DNA of 51,308 nt, filler included, from Sphacelaria rigidula (Eukaryota): the NCBI GenBank assembly GCA_964200075.2. It is 2 parts of 2 records of this genome, joined end to end, with 100 filler letters (N's around TTAATTAATTAA, not from the genome) between each part and the next. Parts side by side here need not be neighbours in the genome. Positions count along the whole stretch, not along the records: positions 25,711 to 51,308 come from CAXNAA020000160.1; 1 more part is not named here. The stretch is one strand, 5' to 3'. The notes below the pieces were generated by a model that was not told the origin of the DNA, searched no databases, and saw only the letters and a program-made list of their open reading frames with translations. Position numbers and translations under genes: made by a program. Shown here piece by piece: positions 35,014 to 48,615 of the stretch (positions within the stretch are counted from its first letter, which is position 1; each line of letters starts with the position of its first letter).

Positions 35014-38000
35014 GCCTCTTGCTATTGTCATTGAACCGTTGTCCACGCATCCCTTTCGAGACAGAGCACCATTGCTACGCCTAATAGGGATACCTCCAAC
35101 AGTTGGGCGCTCACGACGTTTCTTTCATACACTACACAAAATATTTTACGTACCTCATCCTTTTCCTTTTTTACCGCTTGTGGCCACCATCTTCTCGCCA
35201 CTACCTAGTGTACGAAGCAATTCCCTGCCACATTCGTTTCCAACATCTTCCCCTGAAACATGTCCAGTTCCTCTTTGTATAGTTTACATTCTCCCACTGT
35301 ATGGCCTCTACTCTCTATTGCTTTGCCATACGGAGCAATTCTGTGCATCTACTTACTTCTCCACCCGATTATTGACGTACATCTCCTCTTTTCTGGCATG
35401 CCCACGTTCCCCACCCTAAACCGCAGTTCCAACTTTTTCGCGTAGTCCATCGGACTGTGCAGATAATTCACATCCTCATCCCCCCTCCCTAACCGCCGTG
35501 TACCTTCAGGTGCTCTTTCTCATCTACTTTCCGTCTAAGCGATAGTTTCCCCTTATTTCAATTGAATCCCTTACCTTTTCCTTGTACTCCCCACACTCAC
35601 TTACAGACAGCATCTCGTCTTGATGTCCTGCCATGTCCTCCCGTGTCTTTTCATGCCTTCTCGACGTTTTACACCTTATTCAACCTTGCCCCTTCGTTAC
35701 TTTCTTCCATGCAGCCCTATCAACGACGGCTGGCAATCTCTTTCTTGGCATGTTCCTTACGCTGTTTTCCCTTTTAGATTTGCTGGTGACTCTATTTGAT
35801 TCAAGAGGGAACATTCCCAATTCTGCTTTCAAAACTGTATCACTCGTCGGCTGTGTGCATCCGAGTATTTCCTTAGCTGTTGTCATCTGTACTGTTGCCA
35901 GCTGCGTCACTAATTCGCGCTCGATTCCCATCTTTATCCTGCATATTCTTGCTTCGGTACAATCACATTCATTAGAATACACCTTTCAATCCCAGTATCG
36001 AGGTACGAGTCTCTTGAGATCACGTCCATGTTGCCCATCTATGCCCTATCCTTCCCTGTTACTGTACCAATTTTTTGTATCTCTAAATCTCTAAGTCGAG
36101 GTATGTATACTGGTCAACGATCGGTAGTTCCTCTTGTTCTCACTTCCACGTGAACGATATCCGGTTCTCCTTATCTTCGTTACATGCAACCACCGTATAC
36201 TATTTTATATTCGCTGTCGCTCTTCATCTCCAAGTGTATTCTAGGATCTTTTCATCCGTTTCTAATATCCTTCTGGCGTTTCTGATATCCCATAAAATCA
36301 TCCACGAACATCAACCCCGACACCGCATCTTACCCCACCCTGATTCCTTGCTTTGCTGCTTGTATTGTTACTGTGATGTCATCGATAAAGCACCTTGAGT
36401 AAAGTGAGTGATGACGTACATGTTTGTGCAACTCCACTGAAAGTGTTAAAACATTTCGATATTTCCCCGTCTAGCAACGCAGCACGTTTCGCACGTTCTG
36501 TTATCTTCTTCACCATTCTTCACACATTTTCTCTAATGTCAGATCCCCACATTCTCTCCCATAGCCCATTCCTCCATACTGTGACATGGGCCTTGTGTGC
36601 GCCAAGAAACCGTAAGTCCTTACGTCTTTCCTACTTCTGATAATCTTACCTCATGTATAGACATGATCTACGCATCTATGCTTGGTCTCAACCCTGCTCG
36701 ATCGTCTGTTCACTTCCTTCTCCCGGATCGTTCCCACTCTAGATGCGAAGTCGTATAAAACGTTTTGTCTACGGTGCTTAGTAGCTTCTCCCTAAATGAC
36801 TCCCTGGGTCAGCACTCTTTCCTTTCTTGAAAAGATTCACTGCTACTACTCTCGTTCATCTCACGAGCGTGTACTCGTTTTTGCAGATCCAATTGTACGG
36901 CATAAAATCATGATCACTCCCTCTCCACCGTTCTTCACAAATTCATCGGCTATTTCGTCTATCCTTACTGCCTTTGTACTCATGAGCTTAGCTGCACATT
37001 TATTTGCTGTCTTTCTTGCCAACTCTTTCTGCAGTTCTTCCAAATAATTATTTTCCCGTTTTGATGTCTCTGCATTCGCCTGTGCCCACGCGTTCATGTT
37101 TTTCTCGAATTTCGCATCGAACCTCCAACATGATGTTTCTAGTTTCGGTAGTGCTTTGCTAGTACCGTACTTCTCTTTTCCCTATCGAACTACTAACTAT
37201 TTCACCGTTCTATGCTCTATGTGGCTATTCTTGCGTCTGCCTCTCCTGGCTTTTTGCACAGTGTCCGTTTACCTCTAAGCACGTTTGCTCCATCCCGCCA
37301 TCGAAGCCTTCATTCGTTCGATTAACGAAATTCTTTTATTTTCCGTTTATTCTGTCCTTCATATATTTTACATACTTTCTAGCTTTAGCATACTCTGCCC
37401 ACCATACCGTAGTTTCACTCGATGTATATCTTGCGTGGACGTTGCTCCTCACTTTTATAAACTCTTTTACTCCTTCATCCGGCAATTTTACTGTTCTCTT
37501 CGATGCGATCAGGCTGATGCCGCAATAGCCCTCCTTTTGAGTGTTCAACTAGTCAAAACCCACACGTGGATCAAAATGACAAAAGTCAAACACGCCGAGC
37601 AGTTTGGAACTCCAAATAAATGTCGTCCATATGTGGCGCTTCATACAGTCTGAAACCAGCCATCATGCGCTGTATGACCGTTCTCTTCGTGACGGTTTCG
37701 GGGCCCCTTTTATTCGGGGGGAGGGGGGGGGGGGCTATCGCGGCATTGCTTATCAGCTATTCCCTATGAGTTTTAACTTGCTATGGTCTTCACCAATCGC
37801 TCCGACCCTTCCACAATATTCTCTTACCCCATCCCGTTATATTCCGGTACTTGCTGCACCTACGCTTTTCAACAGTTCGGGAATCCCCAATGCATTTTTG
37901 GTCATCTCTTGGAACTCTTGCTGCTTTTCTTCTATTCCTAGTTTGTCTAGTCTCTATTTGTTCAGCTTCCTTCCGCTATTTTTTGTAACTCTTGTCTGGT

Positions 38001-38460
38001 GGCTACCCGTCCACATGAGGCAGTGATTCGTAGTCCCCACGTCCGCTGCGCATGCACGTACATACGGTTCGTTACTACGTCCATATTCTACCCGACATAT
38101 TCACGAATGGAGCGTTAGCGCTATTGTATGCAAATTCTAGTCCATTGCGGATCTTGTTTTTTTCTTCACTGTTCAACGTCGTTATCTCGTTTTTGTCAAG
38201 AAACTTCGGCATCTCTACCCTGTCCGTATTCGTCTTCATTTACCCTCATTGCAATATGCTATATTCGGTTGATCTTCTCCTCCAAATTTGCATCAAATAA
38301 TTACCCACCAGCACTACTTCTCGTTGTCTTCAATGTATCTGTACAACTGCTGTTATCTCTCCGAAATAATTTTGTTTATTTGTTCCCGTAGTCTTCGACC
38401 CTGAGGTATGTAGATACTTCCTGAAGAAATATATTTCGTTCCCCGGTCTCCTGGTACCCT
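35014..38460 (-). mobile_element. Second, more decayed copy of the same LINE family
   Basis: Colinear homology with 14592-17681 (CCACGCATCCCTTTCGAGAC 3' end; VQMTTAKEILGC...DTVLKAELGMFPLE). It extends further 5' into endonuclease-like RVPGDRG...YIP sequence. Confidence 0.88.
37512..37751. mobile_element. 240-bp MITE inserted in the LINE, ATCA duplication
   Basis: ATCA|GGCTGATGCCGCAATAGCCC ... GGGCTATCGCGGCATTGCTT|ATCA. Absent in LINE copy 1. The internal GGCGCTTCATACAGTCTGAA...GCGCTGTATGACC segment matches 20533-20590. Confidence 0.75.
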
Positions 38461-41400
38461 TATCCATATGATCTCCTTAAAATGTTTGTACTTGATCGCA
38501 TCCATTTTGTCACACAGGTATTCCATGTCGACAGGCCTATTCCTGGGTCGAGCAGTGTCGAGACTTTGCGCACATCCGTGGAGCTCATCGCTCCGACGAT
38601 GATACTATTATCGTAGAGTACTTGGTAAAGCTTGATGCCTTCGTTCGCCAATCTTGGGCCAGCGCCTTTAATCTTACCCGTCATACCCAAGTTTCGCTCT
38701 TCGTATCTGTCGAAAAAATGCTCAATCATCTGTTGCATTTCCTCTTCGGAGTCCCCGGCCAGAAGGATATCCACATACGTCACGAGCACGTCGATCCCGC
38801 CCGTGCGCGGCAGCAGTGCGTGCACTCGCCGTGCCCCCTACTCTTTCATCTGCCGCCAAGAATCACGTTGCACAAATCCTTTTACTATTCAACAGACAAT
38901 TCTACAAAATGGGTTGTCGACAAAAATGAGGTTGATGCCTAAAAACAGTGCTTTCCCCACAATTCCGGTGACGGTGCCCGATGACTTTTTTGTCGGTCTA
39001 GTACCTTTCGATCGTGTAGATACTTTTTCAGCGCACTTTATCCACTCTGTGAGCTAACAGCGCTGAGCAAAACCCCCATTTACCCTGAAAACACCTCGTG
39101 AACCTCATTTTAGTCAACAACCCCGTTTCATGAAATTGTCTGTTATTCCACTTCCGGTTACTTTGAACCGCAGATAGTGTCGAGTGCGTTGGCGTTAATT
39201 CCACTAGGAAGCTCAGCCGTGTATCTCCCGAGAGTGCCGCATTCGAGCGCGTTCGCTGGATGTCTGGCGTCCAATTTTTCGCTGTTTGCACGGCGGAATG
39301 GCGAGGACAGCTCGCACTACATCGAAACCGATGACTGGATAAAATGCCTCGAAGAAGTTCACCTTGGGGGCATTGAGCAAAGCCTTTTACCAGAAGACGT
39401 ACCTTGTGTTGTTCGATGTCCCCACCCCCATTTGAATTTGGAAAGGAAGCGCGTCTTGATCGGTTTCATGTTCGATAGGGGTTGTTCGTACCAGAAAGTT
39501 CCATTCTCTCGATGACCTTTCGACTCTTCCTCAATAGCCGGACCCCACTCGTCCGTATCTGAAGCTCACAGAGCTTCTTTATGGTCGAAGATTTCCCTGG
39601 TTCAGCGCCAATATCGCCTGCGAGTCCCATCATGCAGAACGTATTTTGCTCGTTCTCGAGGAAGGCGCCAAGGAAGTTCTCATTCTCGGAATGCCTGTCG
39701 TTGTTGGAACTCTGGAATCGTTGATGTGTGTCGTTTGATTGACGCCCCCCGAACCATCATCATCGTCGACGTGTTCTTTTGATGTCTGTTCTATCTCCGG
39801 ATCGCCCACCCCGTCGTTTAGCTCGACAGCCTTGGTTTCGGATTCTCCCAGCCACACGTGCAAGCAAGGCGACGAGCAGTCATGCCAAACCACTCTCACG
39901 CGTTTTGCGTAAGGGTGAAAGTTGGGACCTGCACCTCGTTATTGCTGACGCTGTGGTACGAAACACCCGTTCCCCACACGTAGGGAAGATCGTAGTTGAA
40001 CGCCACCCTGGTCAGCTGCTTGTATAGGGTTTCTCCCACAAGACATTCGTGGGGCATTTCCGCTGTCTTGAATGCGGCATCCGCCACAGTGAAGACCCGA
40101 CAGTCCTCTCTTCTTCCTGCCATGGCGACTTAACTGCGTGCGGTCCTCATGAGCTGTTGCATTACCCTTTCAGCTATCCATCGGACTGTGGTGTCCGAGA
40201 CGGTAAATTCTCCACGTGGTTCTCCAACCTGCTCGAATACGTTGAAATCTCACGGATCTTCCGAGTTTACCAACACAGTCACCACTGCTGTACTTCATCG
40301 CCATCCCTTCCCGCAGCTTTCGTATATATAGTTGGCTGCTGCGTCCGTGACCTCACCCTTTGCCTTCACTCCTCGGACACGCCTGTCGCGGATGACTTCG
40401 TCCAGGAACGCTTGGAAGTACATTATGCCAATACCGTCTAGAAAGACACTTAGTTCCAAATTTGTGTGGATAAGCCCCTTGGAATTTGGGACCGCGGTCT
40501 CCCCTTCTTTACAACCGCGCTAGCGACGTGCACTCGCGGCACACCGTGCATCACATATCCGTTGCCACAGTCGTGTCGGTAGTTTCGATGAGACCACGTT
40601 TCCCTAGATGTTTGATGGTGACTGGATCAATATGACCCAAGACATCGTGCCATTATTTTCACGTCAGGCGTTGCTTCTTATTCGCAGTGATGAATGCACC
40701 GATGCCTAAGGGTTGCCTATCGTCCGCACAATTGTTAACAGCGTTGAAACCATTTTCTCGGTTAAAGGGATTTTCCATCCGTTCTTGCCGAATCGAGTCC
40801 AGGAATTATCCTCCGATCACGAACCAACCCGGTACTTAGGAGCCGGCAAAGTAGTCCCTGTACCCAAAGGACGTATTTCAGCATGATTTCCGTTAGTGCC
40901 TTTCCCCCCGAAACCTCACTCGTAGTGATATGTCTCCCATAGCCATGCCCGCAGCTTCCCTTTATTGCCAAATGTGCACTCCCGGTTGATCGTTCGTGTC
41001 CTGCTGATAGCATGTATACTCAAGGTCATACGGACGTTTGCCCCGGAGCCACAGTGGATCGAGACCTCTGTGCGACTGTCAGTCATCGCATTCGTTGTTA
41101 GTTATCACAGCTGTAGTGTATTTATTTATTTTCGACGACCACGTTTTAAATGACGCTCGTTTAAGTCTCCCACTTCTCGCGTTCGATGGAGGAATTCGGA
41201 ACTTCCTCGCTGGCTTCATGCTCGATGGTCGCTCGGCCGGAGGGTTGCCGTTCAGGTAGGAGCAGCATTTCCGCCGCCTGTGGTCTCCCTCGGAGCCGTG
41301 TGCATATTGAGCGCTATCGAGCCCCGCGTCAGCTGTGTTGCCGTCACTTTTCCTCTGCTTTGGCGAGTTCAAGTGCCTTGGATGCTTCCCCTATGGAGTT

Positions 41401-41600
41401 CAGTTTCACCGTAGAAGATGATGACTATTCTGCGAAATCGCGCGGGGAATCACGCAGTCTTCCTTTCAACGCAAGCAATTGCATAGGCCTCTCGGCCTGC
41501 AAATGTCCTCTGAGAATCTGTTCGAGCTCCAATTAGGCTTCCCTACGGTCGGGATTGCCGCTGTGCTCACATCGTGCGATCATTGCTGCTGCTGACACCC
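38460..41600 (-). mobile_element. Decayed Ty1/Copia LTR retrotransposon internal region
   Basis: In order on minus: protease-like GSGANVRMT (about 41050), LKYVLWVQGL..RLLSTG, pre-integrase WHDVLGH (about 40650), integrase-like FQAFLDE, RT start WGPAIEEE...NGTF, and RT VTYVDILLAG (YVDD-like, about 38780). PR-IN-RT order is Copia-type. LTRs not found; 5' boundary approximate. Confidence 0.85.
38891..39144. mobile_element. 254-bp MITE inserted in the Copia RT region, ATTC duplication
   Basis: ATTC|AACAGACAATTCTACAAAATGGGTTGTCGACAAAAATGAGGTT ... AACCTCATTTTAGTCAACAACCCCGTTTCATGAAATTGTCTGTT|ATTC, with imperfect TIRs of about 44 bp. Confidence 0.85.
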
Positions 41601-42025
41601 TCATGGCCTGTGCCAAGAAAACCACACAAGCCTTGTGCTTCGCGCTCGTGTGTTTCGTACGCCCTACGCTGATCCGCTGTTGTCGTCGCCGTCGGAACGC
41701 CCGGTGCGGCATAGCCTGGTCGTAGCAAAGAGAAGAGTTTATTGCCCTTTCCGTACCCTGCAATTGCGAATATCCATGCTTTTCACGTCTCTTGTGAGTG
41801 CTCATGAGCGCCCGTTCAAGCGGGCAGCTTGCATGGATGAGTCTTCATCTTCACCGAAGCTCACAATCTGTGCACTTGCGTGGCGATGAGTGGCCTAGGC
41901 GCGCCTGCTCGCGGTGCACCGTTTTGTGGAGCAAGAACGCTAGCGCGAGAGATCTTGATGGGGCTCACCAGACAACTGACCTGCTCGGGGCGTCGCTCGC
42001 TGTTGTTATCATTAGGTTTCTTGAT

Positions 42026-42450
42026 ATTGATTGATTGATTGATTGATCGTCGCACTTTTACTGATCCCCCAGGGGTCCAGCCGTGGTCTCATGATAGATG
42101 TACTCAAGAAAAACGAAACTGAAACGCGCTCTGAGAAAAAGAAGGAACAGAAAAAAAGGAGGGTCGAACAGAACGACATAGCAGACTAAGTAAGTCGTGA
42201 CAAAAAAAAAGTAATGAAAAAGTCAACACAAGCAAAGCACAGAAAGAAATGGCCGACCTAAAACAAGAAGAAAAGAAAAGAAGAGGAAAGTACAGAGCAA
42301 ATAAAATACAGTACAATGAAACGATGGAAAAAAAAGAAAAAAAAAGGAAAAGGCCCGAGGGATTCAGGGCAGCAGAGTAGATGCAGATACACACCAGTGG
42401 GTAACGCAGAGCCACCGACTAAGGACATACTCAACAACCGATATGAGCGG
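42026..42450 (-). mobile_element. 3' end of a retroposon with a (CAAT)n tail
   Basis: (ATTG)n at 42026-42047, followed on + by TCGCAC...CCAGCCGTGGTC and an A-rich tract. Same terminal motif as 18290-18348 and 21462-21530. Inner boundary approximate. Confidence 0.55.
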
Positions 42451-43199
42451 ATAGGATTTTCCTGTTGGCAGCTCTCGACGCAGCAGCCTCTCGCTTGTGA
42501 CGGCGGTCTGATTCTCGCTTGTCCGCGCGTCGCCTGAGAGAAACGACATTTTTCTATGGAACATCCGGAAAATACCCGCAGAATTTCCCGCCACCGTTCT
42601 GGCACCTATTGGAAATCTTCCGCACACTCATCCCCGATGACATCATCATGGTGATGATTCTGTCCGTATTCTACAGACAGTACTTGAATTCAATCTGCAG
42701 TGCACACTATGTCAAAGTCTGCACAAATATCCCCTCCCCCCCGGCCACAAAGTCCCCTCTTCCCCAAATTCAGCGACTATGTATTTGAATTGCCTATATG
42801 CCTTGAAATTTGGAATGCGGAACCCCCTGTACCGTCGCTAAGCTTTCCGTAGATCCAGAGGTATGCCTCATATGTTCAGTTCTGATTCACGGCTGTTTCG
42901 GCATTTTCGGGTATTTTTTCATCCGTGATGTTGGGAATGACCTAGTGTGATACATGGCTTGACGTCGATTAAACGCAGATGTTGCTCAAAAAGCCCGCAA
43001 CCGGTGCGTTCCGAAAGCGCCCGAGGCATTTTGGTACACGGTGCAGCGACAAAAATAGGTAGACAGTAACCAAGTTCTATCACATAAAAATTGAAGGAAC
43101 CACCCTCAAAAAGGGGTTGTAGGAGGCGGGGTGGTAGCTGCTTGACTGACCGCTGGATCTGTGTCCTACAGTGGAGGAGATGGACGGTGCGGCTACGGT

Positions 43200-45400
43200 G
43201 GTGATACTCCGCTGCAGATTAATGTATTGATGGGCATTTACAGTTTTCAAGCTGGAACAGCAGTCTGGTTTTCGCTCTTCCGCGCTGCTGTGCCATATGA
43301 CTCATGTATCATCGATTGCTAGTCTCATGGTAGAGTTTGCCACCAATATTGTGAGCCAGCGTTTGTTTGATGTGACAAATAAAACAAGACTTTTCAGAAC
43401 ACAACATTCTGGAAGTCCACACTCATATGAAACATACCAGCTTCCGAGACAAGCTCTGTCAGCTGTGGCTTCATGCAGTGTTGCGCCGACCATATAGAAT
43501 TTTGCTTACACTGGTTTGACCCTTTGAACCCCGGAGGTGGTTTATGTGAACCGCCATCATTTTCAGTCCTTTTCAGCTGAGAGTGGTACAGATTCGCAAA
43601 TTAACCACGTCCGGACTTGAAGGGTCGAACCCGCGTGAATTATCGCAGATGATGTTTAATATCGCGGGTATTCCACGTGGACGCTCCACACATTTCCCCC
43701 AACTTTCAGGCAGCATTATTGCCGACTGTAGAAAAATTAAAATATGTTGCGTATGTGCGGGGTTAAGTGCTATTGACACTGTGGGGCGAAAAGAGGCGAC
43801 GTGGGGCAAGGGAAGGCAGTGCCTGTCCCTGCCCTGGTGAAAATCACCCCTGGGATGGCACCAGCCCTATAGCAATGCAAAAGACTGCTATTCTCGGAAT
43901 TCATCGCCTCCTACATCTTCATGGCGGCGTGCATAACCTCGGGATCATCGGTGTTCTATCGCAAAAAGGTTCGGCGGTGCACGTCAACCTCGTCAGCTAA
44001 TCACTCGGGTTTGAAAACCCCACACGTGTCGGAAACATTGGCTCAAATTATCGCTTGACTTGACGTGACCTCAGTACGAACTGTGCCTAGGCAACCACGT
44101 TCTGGATACTGCTGTGCCGATAGCAGATGCAGACATGTCCTGCGCAACGTGGTTCATTTGAACAACAAAGATATTCATGTGATCTGTAGACTATCAGAAA
44201 TCTATTGAGAAGGTTTGACGAGATCTCATCCATGTTGCGAACTAAACAAAGCGACCAAAGGTGGACAACCTTACAAACACCGGATATTAGAGAGCTTACT
44301 TTACTTATCTCGAGTATACAGCCCATATCCAACACCAACTATGCAGTGTTGTTCTGGCTTCCGAACAAGAAAAAAAGCGGACGATGACTGTTTATTCGCA
44401 TGGCGACGACACCATGAAAGAAGCTGAGGAGACGCTGAAGGTATGGGCGGGAAATGCACAAAGTTAGGAGTATCTACTCACTGCGCATGTCGCTCAAAGC
44501 TCCCCAATTGATTCGGTACAGTCAGGTCCCACGGAACGAGGGTTTTCGCATAGTGGCCCAGAGATGACTCAGCATGGAACATACAAGCGAGAACGACTTA
44601 AATATCTCATGTTCCTCGAGGCTTCTTGGTCGGCGGCTGAGAAAAATGCTTGGTTCCCAGAAAAACGAGAAACCAGGAACGTTGACTGTGGGGCCGTGAC
44701 ATATTTTGCTGCGATTCCTGAGCTACACTTATGCAGGGGAAGACGGAGCAGACCATGCTGCTGACAGCGAAGCGCATCATCACTGGCGTTGGGTTATTGG
44801 TCTAACTCTCAGCATAGTTGAATGTAGCTTGGACTTGAGTTTATTTTTGCGCGGGGAAAACCGCGCTTGTATTCGTGGCGGTCTTTGGAGCACCGGTACC
44901 TGGGTAGATAACAGGTATTGCAGTGGATTATACACGCGAAATGTACTCCAGTGTTCTGCAACCCAAGGAAGTGCACGCGATATCATTTGAGGGAGCATCA
45001 AAGAGCATCTTCTTCCCTTCGTGCTGGTAGCTCGACATTCGTCAGCCATTTCATGCTCCCGATATCCGTCAAATATTGCAACCCGCGGACTTCTCCCGCT
45101 GAGGCTGTCCAAATCCGGAATCTACCCCGGAGCGTCTTTTGCCACGGATCACACATGTAGTAGTCATACACCCTTACCGTGAAGTAATAACCAGAGGTGG
45201 AGTCGAAAGCACAGCCATCGAATAGCACATTTACCCGTATGTCGGTGGTTCCATGCTCGATTGACTTCATCGACTCCGCCGTATATTGTTTCAGTGGGGG
45301 TGGTAACTAAGGTGGTCTTATCGCCGGCGGAACACTGCACCAATCTCCTTCCACCCGAGGCTACGATTTGAATTTTGGTATGTTTCATTTCTCTCCCACC
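43200..45400 (-). pseudogene. Heavily decayed coding-like remnant, possibly a KDZ/Zisupton-type transposase
   Basis: Broken minus-strand frames give VLFDGCAFDSTSGYYFTVRVYDYY, then P.ILNIICDNS, AVHINH and RNTA..S..QS.SRKL. These loosely recall, in order, the CxC-associated and IIYD..C / VD.FH..H / N...EQ motifs of KDZ transposases. Weak, by eye only. Confidence 0.25.
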
Positions 45401-46347
45401 TACCCCTTTCTACTCTTGCATCTACTCATTTTCCTTTAATAACTTTCACATATCAAGTGCGGGCAGGTGGCTGTCGTACACCCAACTCTAACCGATCATG
45501 ATCCTTGTAACTATCTGTGCGGCACTTATTTCATGTGAAGAAGTGGTAGTACTGGTATCGCCACCAACAACACGGACCGCATCTATTTCCCCGCTATCCC
45601 ATACCCCATGGCATATATTGTAGGTGGGTAGTGCTCGACATGATTCTCGTGGAGTGCAGTCCGTGGAGTAAGCTTGGGGCGCAAGTGGAGGCAGATCTCC
45701 GTGCTGAGGAACACGGTAAGTTCGAGTGTTTTCCAGGATGTTTCAAATTTGTTCCGAAACTCCAGGACATATGACATACAGTCGTACAATATCCAGGTCT
45801 ACCAGTATTTTTTGTGGGTACAGGTGTTATCTTAGAGTGGCACTGTGGTGAATCATGAGACACACCGGTCGTGTCAATATCTGTAGCGAACGATGAATGA
45901 TAGCGTGCTTCTCCTTTCCCCCTCCCCCCCCTGTATAGCACCTTCAATCACCGCGTGACCTCTTCTTTTGTACAGGATCAACCCGCTCTCTGAAGCACTG
46001 CTCGGCACCGTCGTAGCTCTTGCACGGCGCCATACACGGATGAAAACTGATCACGTCTGATGAAGCGGGAAGCCCTTAAGTCAACGAGTTTGGCCAGCGA
46101 AACTATCATAATTCCGGCGGTGCAAATCTTAGAAAGCTCCCGTAGATATCGTACTCAGAGGAACGAGTTGGGCAACGGCCTAGAAAAGGTATACCTTTTC
46201 GTATTTTGCCTAACTAAGAAAGGCACGAAAAATGACCAGAAACGCGAAACCAGCAAAACACACAATAAAGACCGATTTCGCTCCGAATTTTTCATGCACA
46301 GAAATCGGGGGGCTCCTCGGCACACGGGTCTCGAGAGAAAAAGCAGG

Positions 46348-46350
<3 letters not shown>

Positions 46351-46386
<36 letters not shown>
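46351..46386. repeat. (TA)18 microsatellite
   Basis: Direct reading. Confidence 0.97.
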
Positions 46387-46389
<3 letters not shown>

Positions 46390-48615
46390 CCCGCGAGAGA
46401 TGGCCATGCGCAGAAAGACGCCTCGCCTCCAGAAACCACTTCCCCTTTCTAAGCCAAATTTCGACCAAGTGTACGAGTATGTTTGATAGGGAAAAAATGA
46501 TGCGACACCCCTCACTACAGTTCAGACGTGATGATTTTACAAGTGAAGCAATTATTGAGGATGGATCTTGGAAGCCCATCAAAATCTGCTCCGAAACAAA
46601 ATGCAGACTGCGCTATCCGGCCGTGATGATGTGTGGCCTCGCTCATCCTGTCAAGAACAACCACCCGCACAACTCTTTAAATCCCGTGAATAATATATAA
46701 AAAAATATATATTGTTGCTACGAGTACATATTATTCGGAATCAACACGCTGTTTTACAAATTGCGGAAGGATTATATTGGGGGTGAGAGGGTCACACATC
46801 CCGACCGGAGGGTGCATTTACATTCTTATTTGTCGAAAATATTTCGATGTTTACAAAGGTTCCCTAGGCTTGTCCTCGATAAAAAAATCGTCCGGAATGA
46901 TTTGTAAAATCCCGTGTTTATTATAGCACTTGAAACCCTAGCTAGACAGAGTGTTACTACAGCACTTGAAATATTTTCCGTCGTTTTCTTGTTCACCTAT
47001 ATCCACGTTCGTAACCTCAACGAAGGACGCGGTCAACTGGTGCAAAGGTAGCAGGGCTGTTTGTAATAATAATTCCTGTCAGTCTGGTAATATGCTCAAT
47101 TAGCTCGAAACAATCATGCTGATCCTGAAAAACAAAGATGCAGAAGGGTGTTTGCCCTCTGTGCGTCTGGCGCTACACGGTAAGGTAGATCTCGTAACAA
47201 TATTTTCAGGATGATCATCTCTTAACAAACCAACCCCCTCTCCCGGTCATTGTGCAATCAATAGGGTGGTGTGTGTTCGGTAACCGTCGCCCCAAATATA
47301 TATCAAGCAAGGGGCTCTGTGCGGTGCTCGTCAGCTCTCAGCGGTCTACTATCTCTGAGAGCATCATGACAAAGGTATGCGCAACCATCGACACGTTGCT
47401 TCGCCTAGGATTGAAATGGAACATGTGCGGTCTACGGCGCCTGATGGTGCATAACACCCCCCTGAGGTACATGCTGTGCACACTCGATTTCGTCGAAAAA
47501 AGAGTGAGTGCCCCCTTTGCAGTTTCCATCGTATTCAACAGTCACCATAGCATGCTTATCATGTCATAACATTCGATGGTATGGCTGTGGCTATTCGAAA
47601 GATATCACGGATGTAGAACATTCCTGAGGGTGTTATACATCGTCACCTACAGCCCAGTGCACACTGATATTTAACGCGTATGTGTGACGTGAGTTGGGAA
47701 GCAATAGTATGCGCATTTGCTCAAGGGGGAAGCTATTTCCCACTAGTGCGCTGATTCATGTAGGGATCGATGAAGCGGTTGGAGAGAAGGAAGGGGAAAA
47801 ATGCGTGGTAATAACAGGCATGCTGATCACTGTTATCGCTGGTTCGCTGCTGCGTTGATCAGCTCGATTGTGGCAGTGTCCTGTTGACGGTTGTCTATAC
47901 AATATACAACAGTACAATACACAGGCAACAGTGTCTCCCGTTCTTCTGGTGAGATTCTTGGGAAACGACATTTACTGCGGTGACGGTGACCATACCCTGT
48001 ACCTTACTGTGACGGCAGTACTATCTTACGCTGTTCATTAATCTTCACTGCTTCGGTGTTGCGTATGCGATGCTCCACCGGGATCTGCATACAGCACGCA
48101 CTGATCTATGCCTCACAGTTGAAACAGCAAAGGAACACTCGCAGCTCGCATCCAGCAAACAAGGAAACTTTTGTGTTCCGAATGCGACTGGGTGGTGGAA
48201 CAGATTGTCAAACATGATGTTACCTACTCTGGGATGAAAAGAGGTCTATGTGTGACCGCTCCCGACTACATTCGCGGTCAAACTCTGGTTACGGTAAAAC
48301 AAGGTGTATTCGACGCCCGAATGGTGAGTTTCACGACTCGAAAGTTCTTCTACAAGGGGTGGTATTCACGAAATATTAATTAGGGGGTGATAAACCGCGT
48401 ATATGCGTACAGTGTAATGGTGGCCCCATCAGAGTGCAATAAAAACCAGTTGCCCCAAGTCCGGCCCGTATCGCCAATACTAATATCGCTTCGAAAAAAT
48501 TGTGCGGGATCCCCGTAGAGTGCGAGGACCCAGCATGGCGTGGCCATGCGAGGTCATATAACTACTTGGTCGATGAAGAACTTCCTTGAAAAATTGTTAT
48601 TTCGAACCAACGCTA

